A DNA stretch of 50,099 bases from Catajapyx aquilonaris (lineage: Eukaryota), in the NCBI GenBank assembly GCA_000934665.2, contig JYFJ02002822.1:1-50099 (forward strand). The letters run 5' to 3'. The position numbers and the translations under genes were made by a program. This document shows positions 25,901 through 34,524 of this stretch, one piece after another (the stretch's first letter is position 1; each line of letters starts with the position of its first letter). The notes beneath the pieces are model-generated. The model made no database searches. It worked only from the letters and a program-made list of their open reading frames with translations, and was not told the DNA's origin.

Positions 25901-28900
25901 TCACGTGATGGATTTTGAAACCTGAAGACAGGAAGACGAAGATGAAAGAGGGTTTGGAAATGACAGTTCCCAAAGTGAACCCATACAAACTGTTGCATAA
26001 ATCAGCAAAACTCATACTACAGTAGTACAGTTTGAGAATCCTCGATCCAAAATTTCAAAATCTGAGTGTTGACATGATGCGCCACAAATGTAAAATTCCG
26101 TTTGAGTATAACATGACTAGCATCATTACCTGTATCTGTATTCACACAAAATCATGAAAAATAACAAGTATATACAGTGAAACTTCTATAAGTCGAACTT
26201 CCCTAACTCGAAGTTCTCTATAAGTCGAAGAAAATGATGATCTTGGTTGGTCACAATGTAATAGAATAGGAAATAAACTTCCCTAACTCGAATTTCTATA
26301 ACTCTAAGTTCTCCATAACTCGAAGTGCAGGCAGGGCCTTACGATGGGATATCAATGCATTTTCTGTCTCCTTAAGTAGAAGTTCATGTTGGCGAGTACG
26401 GAAAATTTCCCATTTCTCAGCCGAAGGGTGGAGAGTAGGCCACATGTACAGAAAGGCTCGATCTCCTGATCTCTGCCTACCAGACGAACAGAAAGAAGTG
26501 TTTGACTCAATTGTGACAATTGAATCCTTGAATCTAAGGGTAGGCAAATGTTCATAACTGAGTTTTTTTTTACAACAAAACAACGAGGAACATTGTAAGT
26601 GTGATAGTGACAGTTATTTAAAAGTTTTGAACACCTTTCGTCGCTGGATATAAAGGTAGGCTTCCTTATAGAGTTATGTACTTAAAAAATTCCGAACTTC
26701 TCTAACTCAAATCCAGTATAACTCTAACGTAAGTGTTTTTCCGGTCCCATGAAGATTCGACTGATAGAAGTTTTACTGTACAGTATACAGGGTGATCAAA
26801 CTTTTTTGTCGTTTTAGTTATTGACAAATTCGGCCTAAGCTGCTTATATTGTAGCTCGTTACCTGGCAACCCCGTCCGGCGGGCCAATTCAAACATCGGC
26901 ACAAGGAGAGCGCTTCCATTGTTGCCACTGTTTACAAATCGAGTGAGTGAGTGCGCAGGCAGAAGAGGCCCGTCGCTGGGTCGTCCGCGTCACTCACTCG
27001 ATTTGTAAACAGTGGTAACAATGGAAGCGCTCTCCATGGGCTGATGTTTGAATTGGCCCGCCGGACGGGGTTGCCAGGTAACAGGCTAAATATAAGCAGC
27101 TTATGCCGAATTTGTCAATAACTAAAACGACAATAAAGTTTGATCACCCTGTATACAGGGTGATTCTCTCGAATGGAAACCCAAACATTCCTCAATAACT
27201 ATTTAACTATGGTATGGTTCCTGGTGAAAATTGACATGTACTTACCTTGTATCATGCCAAACAAGGTCTGACTAAAAAATATACCAAAAGTGGTCTCCTC
27301 CAGCATCCAGGAATTTTTTAATGCGAGTCTGCATCTTTACCTAAGACTTCTGCCGACTGGTGGCGGGGATGGCTCAATCTCCAGCCCGCCTGCCCGCTTC
27401 GCAAGGAGGAAACTCAAGGCAAAGGTCCGTTGGTCTTCGGTAAAGATGCAGACTCACATTAAAAAATTCCTTGATGCTGGGGGGGGACCACTTTTGGTAT
27501 ATTCTTTAGTCAGTCCTTGTTTGGCATGATACAAGGTAAGTACATGTCAATTTTCACCGGGAACCATACCTTATTGAGGAATCTTTGGGTTTCCATTCGA
27601 GAGAATCACCCTGTATATAACTACCTCCAGGCTTAAAGTATTACCTCTGTTAGGGCTCTTTCACAAGAGGTCACCATGGACGCGCTGCCAAAGGTCTTTG
27701 CATTGAATCATACGTATGAAGCCTTTCACATGAGACACACGACTTTTCGTGCTGCCAGACGTGCATTTTGAGAAAGTGCTCGGCTGGCAGCCCATCCATG
27801 GTGGCAGACAAATCTGCAACACGCTGCCTAATTTATGCGGTGGCGCTGCCATGGTGGCCTTGTGTGAAAGAGGCCTTAAGCAATGTATATGGACATACAG
27901 GATGTTCCAAATTCATGGGTCGTTTTCTTATAACTGATATCTCCCAATAGTAGTTATTTTTTGTAGCTTGTGCCCCTAACCAGGTGTCACATTACTCCCA
28001 GGGGGTGGAATATAGGCGGTTATGGGCACGACAAGCTACAAAAAATAACTACTATCGAGTTATATCAGTTATAAGAAAACGACCCATGAATTTGGAACAC
28101 CCTGTATATCGTGTTCAGGCATTTATCCCATTCCAAAGCTGTCCTGATTTACACATGCAAATAGAGTAGAACTCCGATTATTATCTGTCACCCACAGGAC
28201 CGGGCATGGTTGGAACACTGAAAAGGTAGGAAAATCCGAGGAGCAAAGAAAACTTTAATGAAACGCAACAAAAAACATAACAACATGAGATATGTACAGT
28301 ATTATGCTTTTATAAGAAATAGTGAAGTACCAGTATTTATCATTTACATACGAGTGGCCCCCAGACACTTCTATCCCAGGCCAATAGAAAGAGCTGTGCA
28401 GTTCTCTCTTACCGCATTGTTGCTAGTATAATTGCAATAGAATCACGCTGTGGAACTCGCAGCATCATAGCGACAGCGACCCTGATGGTACAACTATGCA
28501 TCTTGGTGTATCGCTATCAGTAGCTAGGTGTTAATGCATAGCTGTACCTGTCGCTATGATACTGCGAGTTCCACAGCGCGATTCCATTGCAGATATACTA
28601 GGGCCAATGCAGGAAGGGTTAACGGCACGCAAGACGGCTGCGAGTGTCCTGACCTATCCTTCTAAGACCGTGCATACGAGTACACACTCTACTGCACTGT
28701 ATTTATTACGTACTTAACTAAGGTAATACAAAGCAAATGCATGGTACATATTTACAGTATTTGATGAGAAAACATTTATTGCTGGAGAGGGACAGTCGGA
28801 TAATCCAAGGAGTCAGAAAATTTAACTGGTTTTGGATGAATGCAAATTACACTCTGCTGGCAACTTCTGTACTGTGCAAGGGGACTTTCTTGGACAGTAC

Positions 28901-29191
28901 AAAAAAAAACTTGTCAGCAGCATGCCATTAACTCAAACTGCAATACTGCAATACTGGTTCTTTGTATTCAATGGAGAGAGGAGATCAAGAGGATGTGTCA
29001 CACATGGAGCTCAATATGGGACTGTCATTCACTGTGGCATAATAAAAATACGAATGAAAATTTACTCTGGATGTGAATTGTAAACTTTCCATGCTGCACT
29101 GAAACATGCAGGTCAGAAGAGTGAACTATCATGTATACGAAGACAGTGGTACTGTATTCAGAGAAGTCACTGGTGCTTGCAAAAAAATAAC

Positions 29192-29248
<57 letters not shown>

Positions 29249-32200
29249 CCACTTATTTGGTTTTGAGACGTTAAAGGAAGCTGATAACACCATATTATGT
29301 CAAAACTTTAAAACATACCTGACGTGTGTAACGAGATGACCGTCGTGCCTTCAATTCCTCTGCAACTTTTGCTGCTTCTTCTGCTGTCAATTGTTTCCTT
29401 TTTTTCGAAGGCAGAGTTGTTACAATTTCTTTATTAGCTTTGCCCCGACTGTTGTGGCAGGCTTTAACTCGTTTCTCGAAGTCCGATATTTTCACTTTTT
29501 TCACTTCAAGTAACCCCTTAAAACTAGTGGGTGGCTTGAGGGTTCCCTTAGGTCTCAACTCCCCTAAAGTTGTCTTGGGATTCTGGTGTGTTGAAAACAC
29601 ACTAGGTTTCCAGTCTTTCTTATTAATGTCCTTACCACAATCACTCCCAAAATCACTACTTTCTTTGGCACTAGCACTTTCTTGGTCACAAGGTTTACAC
29701 ACTTCATCATCAAATCCTTTATCCTTGGTAAGTCCACCTAGCAATGCCTTTTTAAGACTGCTATTTATCTCAGGCTCTTCCTTTACATCTGATTCTGGTG
29801 GCAGCTCTAATATCTTTCTTTTTGCCTCTGAGTTAAGTAGCTCCGACACCTTCCGCTTTCTTCTAGGAGTATCTGTTGAAAAACGACAGTTTCCTCATTA
29901 CAATGAACAACATAAATTAATTGCTCTAACAAAGAAAAAAAGCCCCACTGAGTACTGTTATCAGGTAAGGAATTAAAAATTAAAAGCAGATGCCATTGGT
30001 GTCACACAACCAGTTTAGCATCTCAGCAATGTTACCAAACTAATTCAAGTAGCTATGTTTCCTAAGTCAGCTCACATCTGTATCAGTTGAAATGTCGTGA
30101 ATGCTCCTGCATCATGTTGGTACTCCTGATACCAAGCAGGCCCAACAAATACGCACTTGTCAGCAAAAGCACTTCCCAGTGAAACTCCCCATCTCTTGCT
30201 CAAGCTTCTCCTCTCAGGGCATCAACAGGATTTGTGGGCGTTCATGACATTTTTGCTGATACAGGCAGCTACATCAACTGAGCTTCAAAACTCAGTAAAG
30301 TCATAGTTGTAACTTTTCCAGTTCTGGTTTTAGAATAAAACAGACACGAACTTTCAACATCCTTTAGCAGGTGTCCCTGTTATTTTGTCCAACCTCTGTT
30401 ACGCTCAAAAGACGATAACGCTCATCAAGAGACACAGAAAACGTCAATTTCGCGAAACGGTTGTTTTCAAACCAACCATTTTGCGACATGGTCGTTTTTT
30501 ATCGCTCAGCGAGTGTTTTCAGTGTTTGAGTGTAACATATTTAATAACTTAATTTTTATGTAGGAGTTCCCTGAGGAATGAATATAATTTCAAGGGTTCT
30601 GCACTACCGGTAGTAAAAAGGTTGAGAAACACTGGCCTAGAGATATGTAGGCATGGACCACACAGTAACTAAAAAAGAATTGATACCCAGATTATGTCGC
30701 ACCCCGGCAATAACAGGGGCACAAGTCCAAAAAGTCAATTTCACAGGAGAGCACTTTGAAAGTTGTATAGTGTTCGTATAGTGTTATCATAAATCAGGTA
30801 TTGATGCAGCATTCGATAATCAGAATTATTAATTATTAATTTTTTAAAATCAGAATATGCATTCTGAATGTGCACGCGGTCATGGACCCTGCTCTAGTAG
30901 TAAGTCAAAATCTTCATTGTTGGACTTGTGCCCCTGTTATTGCCAGGATGCGATGTAATCTAGGATGAGCGTAAAACTGAAGTCCCTAAAACAATTGCCA
31001 CCGGTTAATTCAAAACAGCACACAAATTTTGATCCGAATCAACAGTTAGCATTTAGAGCGCTCCATGTTGTACAGACCCTATCAAGCAACCATATTTTAA
31101 TTAGCTAATAGTCCTTTCTAAGGCTCTTAAAGAAAATGCCACCCCTATGTGGAAGAGGTAAAATTTGGAATATACTGTACTCCCTATTATCCAGGTAAGG
31201 ATTATCCGTCCATCGCCAACGAAAAAGGTTAGAAATAAGAGTATGTAAACATGTCAATATGTCTTGTAAACAAAAGATACACAGTATAACAGACTTTATC
31301 CAGAAGACAAATAAAAATCTATATTAAGTTTATTTATTTTCATTCAATATCATTTAAAGCAGTATACAGTACGTCCAGTAGCTCACTTATTCCCCCCCCC
31401 TCCCCCCTCCTCCCCGATAGGGCTGAGGGAATCTTGGGGAGGGGACACAGGCAGTGCCGGTGAAACAGATTCAACAATTTTTTTCTGTTGATATTTCTTT
31501 TCATTTGACCATTTGCTCCCCGATTTCAGGTGGGGAATTTCCCCATGCGGAATCATTCGGGTGGGGAGTGCTCCACACCCACACCAGGTCTTTCACCGGC
31601 CCTGGACACAGGTGCAAGTGCATTGTCTCAAATTGGGCCATGTGCAGCCCCCCAGGAGGTTAGGTTGCCAGACACCTCGAAGGTGCAGGTCAGAGACCCT
31701 CCCGACGCCGGTGAAAAAGAACTCCCAGGCGGGGATCGAACCTGGGACCTTTCACTCAGCAAGCCAAGACTTTACCATCTCGGCCACCACACCTCCCCGA
31801 CCAGTAGCTCACTTACAACCTGTAAATAGCTCATTTTTACAGTATTTAGGACCATTTTCGGTTTACCCGTGCTTTCTGATTTTCCGGCACACCGATGCAT
31901 TCATTACCATGGATAATTGGGCATGCAGTGTATGTTTATATAAACTACTTAATTATCACCACAATGGAACATATCCTGGAGAACGATTTTTTTGAGAACA
32001 AAGTTAAACCTCAGCAAAGAATGTGAGGAACATTTTAAAGCAGCATTTTCAAACTTTTTACCCTTGGGGATCCTACACCATATACGTGTCTCCTACATAA
32101 AACTTATTATACAGGGTGTTCCAAATTTGTGGGTTTTTTTTTTAAAACTGATATCGCCTGATAGTACCGTATTTACGCGCATATATGATGCACCTTTTTT

Positions 32201-33894
32201 CCGAATTTTGTAGCTCAAAAAGTAGGGTGCGTCTTATACGGCAGGGCACAACGGGTGAAACCAGTGAGAAATCGTGAAAATCGTTTATTGAAAAATTTAA
32301 GCTTGGCGGTTTGATGTCCTGTCAGCACAGTTGATCACTTTCCTCTTGAAATCGGCACGGTACGACCTGCGTTTCTCCTTCACTTCCATTGTTATGCTCT
32401 CCCCGTCCATACACGTGCACAATAATTCCGGTGTGACCTTGCCACCTATACGTTTCAGATGCATAGCATTGTCCCATTTTCCACTTGCCCCCTCTTTTTA
32501 CTGGATTCTAATGGATTCCACACGCACATGCATTGAGGTTGCTGCCGGCAGCTCGAGGCCAGTTCCCAAACTACGGCAATAAATCTGGGTGCGTCTTATA
32601 TAGGTCAACAACCGATTTTCCACGATGCGTCTTATATGCGCGTAAATACGGTAGTTATTTTTGTGTAGCTTGTTGTGCCCTGATTAAGGTTCCCCATTAC
32701 TCCCAGGCGGTCGAATATAGCAGTTGCTAAAGAATAGGGCACCTGGTTAGGGGCACAACACGTAACAAAAAAAATTAAGAAATTTAAAAAATGCAACATT
32801 TTAAAACAAGTGTGGAGTTGTAAGCTTACTAGGGAAGCATAAAAATTAGCTGATGAACTTATGGGGTAAAAAATATCATATACAGGTAGAGGCATCCTAC
32901 TACAGTTGGCCCAGTACATCACAGTACATTTGAAATTAGTGAGTTTTCCTGAATTTTTTGAGGCAAACATGCCGAAACACAGAACCCTTCAAGTAATAGT
33001 CTAAACATGCAACAACATAGACATACCTGAAACTTGAAGTGAGCTCTTTTCCTTGTTGAAGCCATTAGATATTTCAGAATTTTGTTCCGCATCCTCATCG
33101 TCGCTCATCTCCAAATGAAAACTCTCATCAGTTGTGTCCTCCGAGAATGAGGCAACACCTATCCCAGACTCTTTCAACATATCATTATCGTTCAAATCGC
33201 CATTCATGTCTGAGGATTCAAAGTCTTTCCCAAGAACTGAGGCCAGAACTTTTTCAGCATCAGCCACTAGCATATCCAGGGAAGATTTCTCATCGTCTTC
33301 AAGGCTACATCTTTCTTCATCAGGGGCGGATCTTTCTTCCTCAAGGGTGGAACTTTCTTCCCTCGGAGTGGATCTTTCTTCCTCTGGAGTGGATATTTCT
33401 TCTTTGGGAGTGGATCTTTCTTCTTTGGGAGTGGATCTTTCTTCTTTGGGAGTGGATCTTTCCTCTTCAGGAGTGGATCTTTCCTCTTCAGGAGTGGATC
33501 TTTCCTCTTCAGGAGTGGATCTTTCCTCTTCAGGAGTGGATCTTTCCTCTTCAGGAGTGGATCTTTCCTCTTCAGGAGTGGATCTTCCTCCTTCAGGAGT
33601 GGATCTTTTTTCTTCAGGAATGGATCTTTCTTCTTCAGCTTTAGACTTTTCATGTTCAGGGTAAGACTTTTCTTCTTCAGAAGTAGACCTTTCCTTAGAG
33701 ATGGTTCTTTTTTCCACAATAGACACATCCTCCTTTGTACCATTCTGCATAACATTGCTCTCAACATCAGGGTTTTCAGAATGTGGTGATTGAAGAAGGT
33801 CGTCCTTTCCATTTTCTTCAAAGAGACATCCAGGTTCGGTGGCCAACATTTTTTCAGTAGGAACCACACTGACCTCTACGGCTGAAGTGCTCAT
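6095..33894 (-). CDS. ATF7IP: ATF7-interacting protein 1 / MCAF1 / Windei orthologue (SETDB1 cofactor); 14 coding exons in window, 3'-partial (1028 aa reconstructed)
   Basis: Joined exons 33027-33894, 29319-29872, 24461-24601, 19479-19598, 19273-19377, 16898-17095, 16587-16782, 13123-13226, 12937-13041, 9527-9641, 7135-7193, 6586-6831, 6352-6457, 6095-6261 give one open frame with matching intron phases. Family hallmarks: HPAPLP...PPKP...GIVLSW...SYQLYAYQE...[20 protein letters not shown] (FN3), IIDLTDEDE SIM, coiled coil plus KITRSVGLQV. Confidence 0.95.
6352..6457 (-). CDS. ATF7IP: ATF7IP coding exon 13 (start of FN3: HPAPLP...PPKPELKI)
   Basis: ttcacacag|VHPAPLPRPPMTLARVPGWKDLPPKPELKISKVAN G|GTAAGA. 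Confidence 0.93.
6586..6831 (-). CDS. ATF7IP: ATF7IP coding exon 12
   Basis: ttttttcag|VMTPVRPGQTTVIP...NTIVRSM|GTATGT. Confidence 0.88.
7135..7193 (-). CDS. ATF7IP: ATF7IP coding exon 11 (59-nt exon)
   Basis: ttttatttcttag|(G)PPVRTAILRSMAPSAAIQP|GTAAGT; phase 1-0 restores the frame between exons 10 and 12. Confidence 0.82.
8878..9439. mobile_element. Tc1/mariner-type foldback MITE
   Basis: TIR CAGGGTGTAAATGAAT..AAC.GA.AAACTTCTAGGGGTGATAGAGGGG, TA TSD. Confidence 0.9.
9527..9641 (-). CDS. ATF7IP: ATF7IP coding exon 10
   Basis: tttttcttcttacag|VHPITTITGVAPSGVAVRKGSNPVQTILLKGIMPVAQQ G|GTGAGT, phase 0-1. Confidence 0.85.
9943..10759 (-). mobile_element. tRNA-headed SINE (chimeric body) interrupted by a second SINE
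   Basis: head GAAGCAGTAGTGGTGGAG...GGTTCGAGTCCC; CCCC..GGGGTA tail; probable TSD CCAAGTGT. Confidence 0.75.
10126..10471 (-). mobile_element. tRNA-derived SINE with poly(A) tail inserted in another SINE
   Basis: A box TGGCGCAGGGG, B box GGTTCAATCCC; TSD GCGATGTCCGA; near-identical to 34171-34524. Confidence 0.9.
12937..13041 (-). CDS. ATF7IP: ATF7IP coding exon 9
   Basis: ccttacag|SVSGNVAPQRFTYLVSSSGVPMNAQQVLLGSSPSQ|GTATGC. Confidence 0.85.
13042..13122 (-). other. 81-nt GC-AG intron of ATF7IP
   Basis: CAG|GCAAGT donor; read-through hits TGA after three codons; acceptor ccttacag keeps phase 0. Confidence 0.8.
13123..13226 (-). CDS. ATF7IP: ATF7IP coding exon 8 (GC donor)
   Basis: atatgcag|(S)SIASLPISAMPGGTIRVVSPQQLGAGTPTLLAAQ|GCAAGT, phase 1-0. 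Confidence 0.82.
13508..14061 (+). mobile_element. MITE family A, copy 2 (left end truncated)
   Basis: homology to 4729-5310; ends AAGTTTTACTG|TA. Confidence 0.85.
14662..15826. mobile_element. Tc1-like foldback element with ~400-bp arms
   Basis: TIR CACT.CC.GTCAAAAGTTTAGCATCACCCC, TA TSD. Confidence 0.9.
14925..15211 (+). mobile_element. tRNA-headed SINE in the left arm of the foldback
   Basis: 16-bp TSD AATTCATGCTTTATGA; empty site preserved in the right arm. Confidence 0.9.
16284..16425. mobile_element. Hairpin MITE
   Basis: inverted arms centred on ~16357 (CCACGCGTCAGGATGAAAG / CTTTCATCCTGACGCGTGG). Confidence 0.7.
16587..16782 (-). CDS. ATF7IP: ATF7IP coding exon 7 (contains SIM KIIDLTDEDE)
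   Basis: aaatag|LLASLPSSTRIVAAPG...GVKIIDLTDEDEAAKH A|GTTAGT, phase 0-1. Confidence 0.88.
16898..17095 (-). CDS. ATF7IP: ATF7IP coding exon 6 (P/T/V-rich)
   Basis: ttcttttctcctcag|QPPVTTPIKNG...VVSLHSR|GTAAGT, phase 0-0. Confidence 0.87.
17205..17340 (-). repeat. (TTA)n microsatellite forming the tail of a minus-strand retroelement
   Basis: ~30 TTA units adjoining a CCCC..GGGGTA-type 3' end. Confidence 0.75.
18128..18330 (+). mobile_element. Degenerate tRNA-headed SINE related to the 10126/34171 family
   Basis: GGGAGGCGGAGTGG...GTTAAGGTCCCGGGTTC; TCTGGCTTCGT and GGGGAGTTCACAAAA blocks shared. Confidence 0.65.
18381..19102. mobile_element. Tigger/pogo-type MITE (related fragment at ~14290-14501)
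   Basis: TIR CAGTGAAACCTG; lies inside a smaller hairpin element 18334-19130. Confidence 0.75.
19273..19377 (-). CDS. ATF7IP: ATF7IP coding exon 5
   Basis: ccttacag|VMVSDGQNKLVPAPVGTKAPMAGVPQKLVPAPPPV|GTAAGA, phase 0-0. Confidence 0.87.
19479..19598 (-). CDS. ATF7IP: ATF7IP coding exon 4 (end of coiled coil, PVKITRSVGLQV motif)
   Basis: ttatttcag|VNDLTVVIRRFVMDVKNRRDRHFVPVKITRSVGLQVHMHV|GTAAGG. Confidence 0.9.
19824..21559. mobile_element. Foldback element with long arms, interrupted by 20510-21421
   Basis: TIR ~CAGTGAAATT.GACACATGCTG; 19955-20170 is inverted at 20310-20510. Confidence 0.8.
20510..21421 (+). mobile_element. Intact ~910-bp mariner-like non-autonomous element
   Basis: TIR CAGTACCAGGCATAAT, ~230-bp inverted arms, TA TSD. 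Confidence 0.9.
21916..22078 (+). mobile_element. 5'-truncated SINE of the 14925/37756 family
   Basis: 16-bp TSD ATAATTCTGTTCTCTG. Confidence 0.85.
22655..22958 (+). mobile_element. tRNA-headed SINE with V-domain-like core and (ATT)n tail
   Basis: A/B boxes; TTCTCTCCGTGTTCGCGTGGGTTTTCTCGGGGTTCTCCCGTTTCCTCCCAC; TSD AGTGAGACACTG. Confidence 0.88.
23320..23735 (+). pseudogene. Decayed PIF/Harbinger (HARBI1-like DDE) transposase
   Basis: fragments YGHHCVI (~DGKHV), SVVLQTLAYANLSFTVIEFSSYS*SSHSIIFKNS, IVTGEGF...VMHPF, RTVECAFGVLV with stops and frameshifts. Confidence 0.8.
23790..23880 (-). pseudogene. MADF (Myb/SANT-like) domain fragment of the same Harbinger element
   Basis: MTVKRLIFEVETRPVLYDTRNEGYGNKR resembles the MADF N-terminus; convergent on the transposase; Harbinger-like end ...GTGTGACAAGGGCC at 24083. 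Confidence 0.75.
24461..24601 (-). CDS. ATF7IP: ATF7IP coding exon 3 (coiled coil, putative SETDB1-binding region)
   Basis: cttgtcacag|DLERMICQQMSVQLKLQSELAKAHLHMNDLERHVEHYKRRASLMQKQ|GTGAGT. Confidence 0.9.
24627..24783. repeat. AT-rich ~22-bp minisatellite (ATAACAATAATGATAATAATAC)
   Basis: direct reading. Confidence 0.85.
25072..25682. mobile_element. MITE (related short copy at 30397-30537)
   Basis: TIR TGTTAGG.GCAAACCCC.AAAA.GGCCATTGAG. Confidence 0.75.
26175..26778 (-). mobile_element. MITE family A, copy 3 (inverted relative to the other copies)
   Basis: reverse-complement homology to 4729-5310; TA TSD. Confidence 0.9.
26788..27151. mobile_element. Tc1/mariner foldback MITE
   Basis: TIR CAGGGTGATCAAACTTT, near-perfect hairpin, TA TSD. 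Confidence 0.9.
27156..27613. mobile_element. Tc1/mariner foldback MITE
   Basis: TIR CAGGGTGATTCTCTCGAATGGAAACCCAAA, TA TSD. Confidence 0.9.
27898..28104. mobile_element. Tc1/mariner hairpin MITE (relative at ~32112-32780)
   Basis: TIR CAGG.TGTTCCAAATTCATGGGTCG, TA TSD. Confidence 0.85.
28414..28610. mobile_element. Hairpin element
   Basis: GCTGTGGAACTCGCAG.ATCATAGCGAC is inverted at 28550-28580. Confidence 0.65.
29192..29248. repeat. (AAT)n microsatellite
   Basis: direct reading. Confidence 0.9.
29319..29872 (-). CDS. ATF7IP: ATF7IP coding exon 2 (PRRKRKV NLS; basic/acidic region)
   Basis: acceptor tttttcaacag (phase 1), donor CAG|GTATGT; DTPRRKRKVSELL...RRSSRYTRQ. Confidence 0.88.
30690..30960. 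mobile_element. MITE
   Basis: TIR block GGCAATAACAGGGGCACAAGTCCAA / TTGGACTTGTGCCCCTGTTATTGCC. Confidence 0.7.
31390..31800 (-). mobile_element. tRNA-headed SINE (family of 45960 and 49796)
   Basis: head GGGGAGGTGTGGTGGCCGAGATGG...GGTTCGATCCCC; TSD CCAGTAGCTCACTTA. Confidence 0.85.
32167..32651 (-). mobile_element. pogo/Tigger-type deletion derivative with BrkDBD transposase remnant (32297-32389)
   Basis: TIR CCGTATTTACGCGCATAT, TA TSD; MEVKEKRRSYRADFKRKVINCADRTSNRQA*; nested in a relative of the 27898 MITE, whose copy shows the empty site. Confidence 0.8.
33027..33894 (-). CDS. ATF7IP: ATF7IP coding exon 1 (start ATG; acidic N-terminus with PEEERST repeats); exon extends 5' as UTR to 33959
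   Basis: ORF 33001..33894; in-frame TGA upstream of the ATG; acceptor ttttcag at 33960; donor G|GTATGT at 33027 (phase 1). Confidence 0.88.
33300..33700 (-). repeat. 21-bp coding minisatellite, ~19 degenerate heptad units incl. 6 consecutive perfect PEEERST
   Basis: (ggagtggatctttcctcttca)n on + strand. Confidence 0.95.
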
Positions 33895-34170
33895 ATCCAG
33901 AAACCTCCAACATGCGTAGCATCAGGGATAAAAGTGCATGATATTTATGCTGGATGCACCTGAAAATAAGACAGTGCAGATAAGAATATATTAATCTTAA
34001 AAGTCAGCAAGATTTTGCCATGCTCTGATCCTAAACAAATATTTTCACTCGGTAACACCATCTGTCAGCATCAAAACCCAAACTTACACACATAACTTAC
34101 CTCTTTTCCAAATCACTCAAGAAACACTTCTGCTCTTGCTTTAATTTCATGCCAATAAACCTACCTTGAT

Positions 34171-34524
34171 TTTATTTTATTTTATTTATTTTTTTTTCAT
34201 TACCCCACGGGGGGAGTTATACTACTCCTTAGGGGGGGTGGGTTGCCACCTTTGGAATTGTTTTTGGAGCGAGTTTAAGAAGAATCTTAATTAGTATGCT
34301 CCAAGGGTGGGTGGGAGGGGATGTGCAAAGTGCAAGTGCAATGTCTCTAATCGTCATTTTGTGAACTCCCCCGGGTGGCTTAGTCTGCCGGAAATTGCCA
34401 CCCGAAACGAAGCCAGAGATGGCCCAACTCTGCACGAAAGAAGGTGGGAACCCCGGGTGGGGATTGAACCCGGGACCTTAACTTCCGTGGGCGCGCGCGT
34501 TACCACGGCGCCACTCCGTCTCCC
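34171..34524 (-). mobile_element. tRNA-derived SINE, near-identical to 10126-10471
   Basis: 13-bp TSD AACCTACCTTGAT; A-rich tail. Confidence 0.9.

Noticed and set aside
29440..29976. 178-aa plus-strand ORF
   Set aside because: Antisense shadow of ATF7IP exon 2
33300..33700. CRISPR-like regular repeats
   Set aside because: Tandem units without unique spacers, inside a eukaryotic coding exon
33132..33869. Long alternative-frame and antisense ORFs (170, 176, 200 aa)
   Set aside because: By-products of the stop-free 21-bp repeat; only the frame joining exon 2 makes a coherent protein
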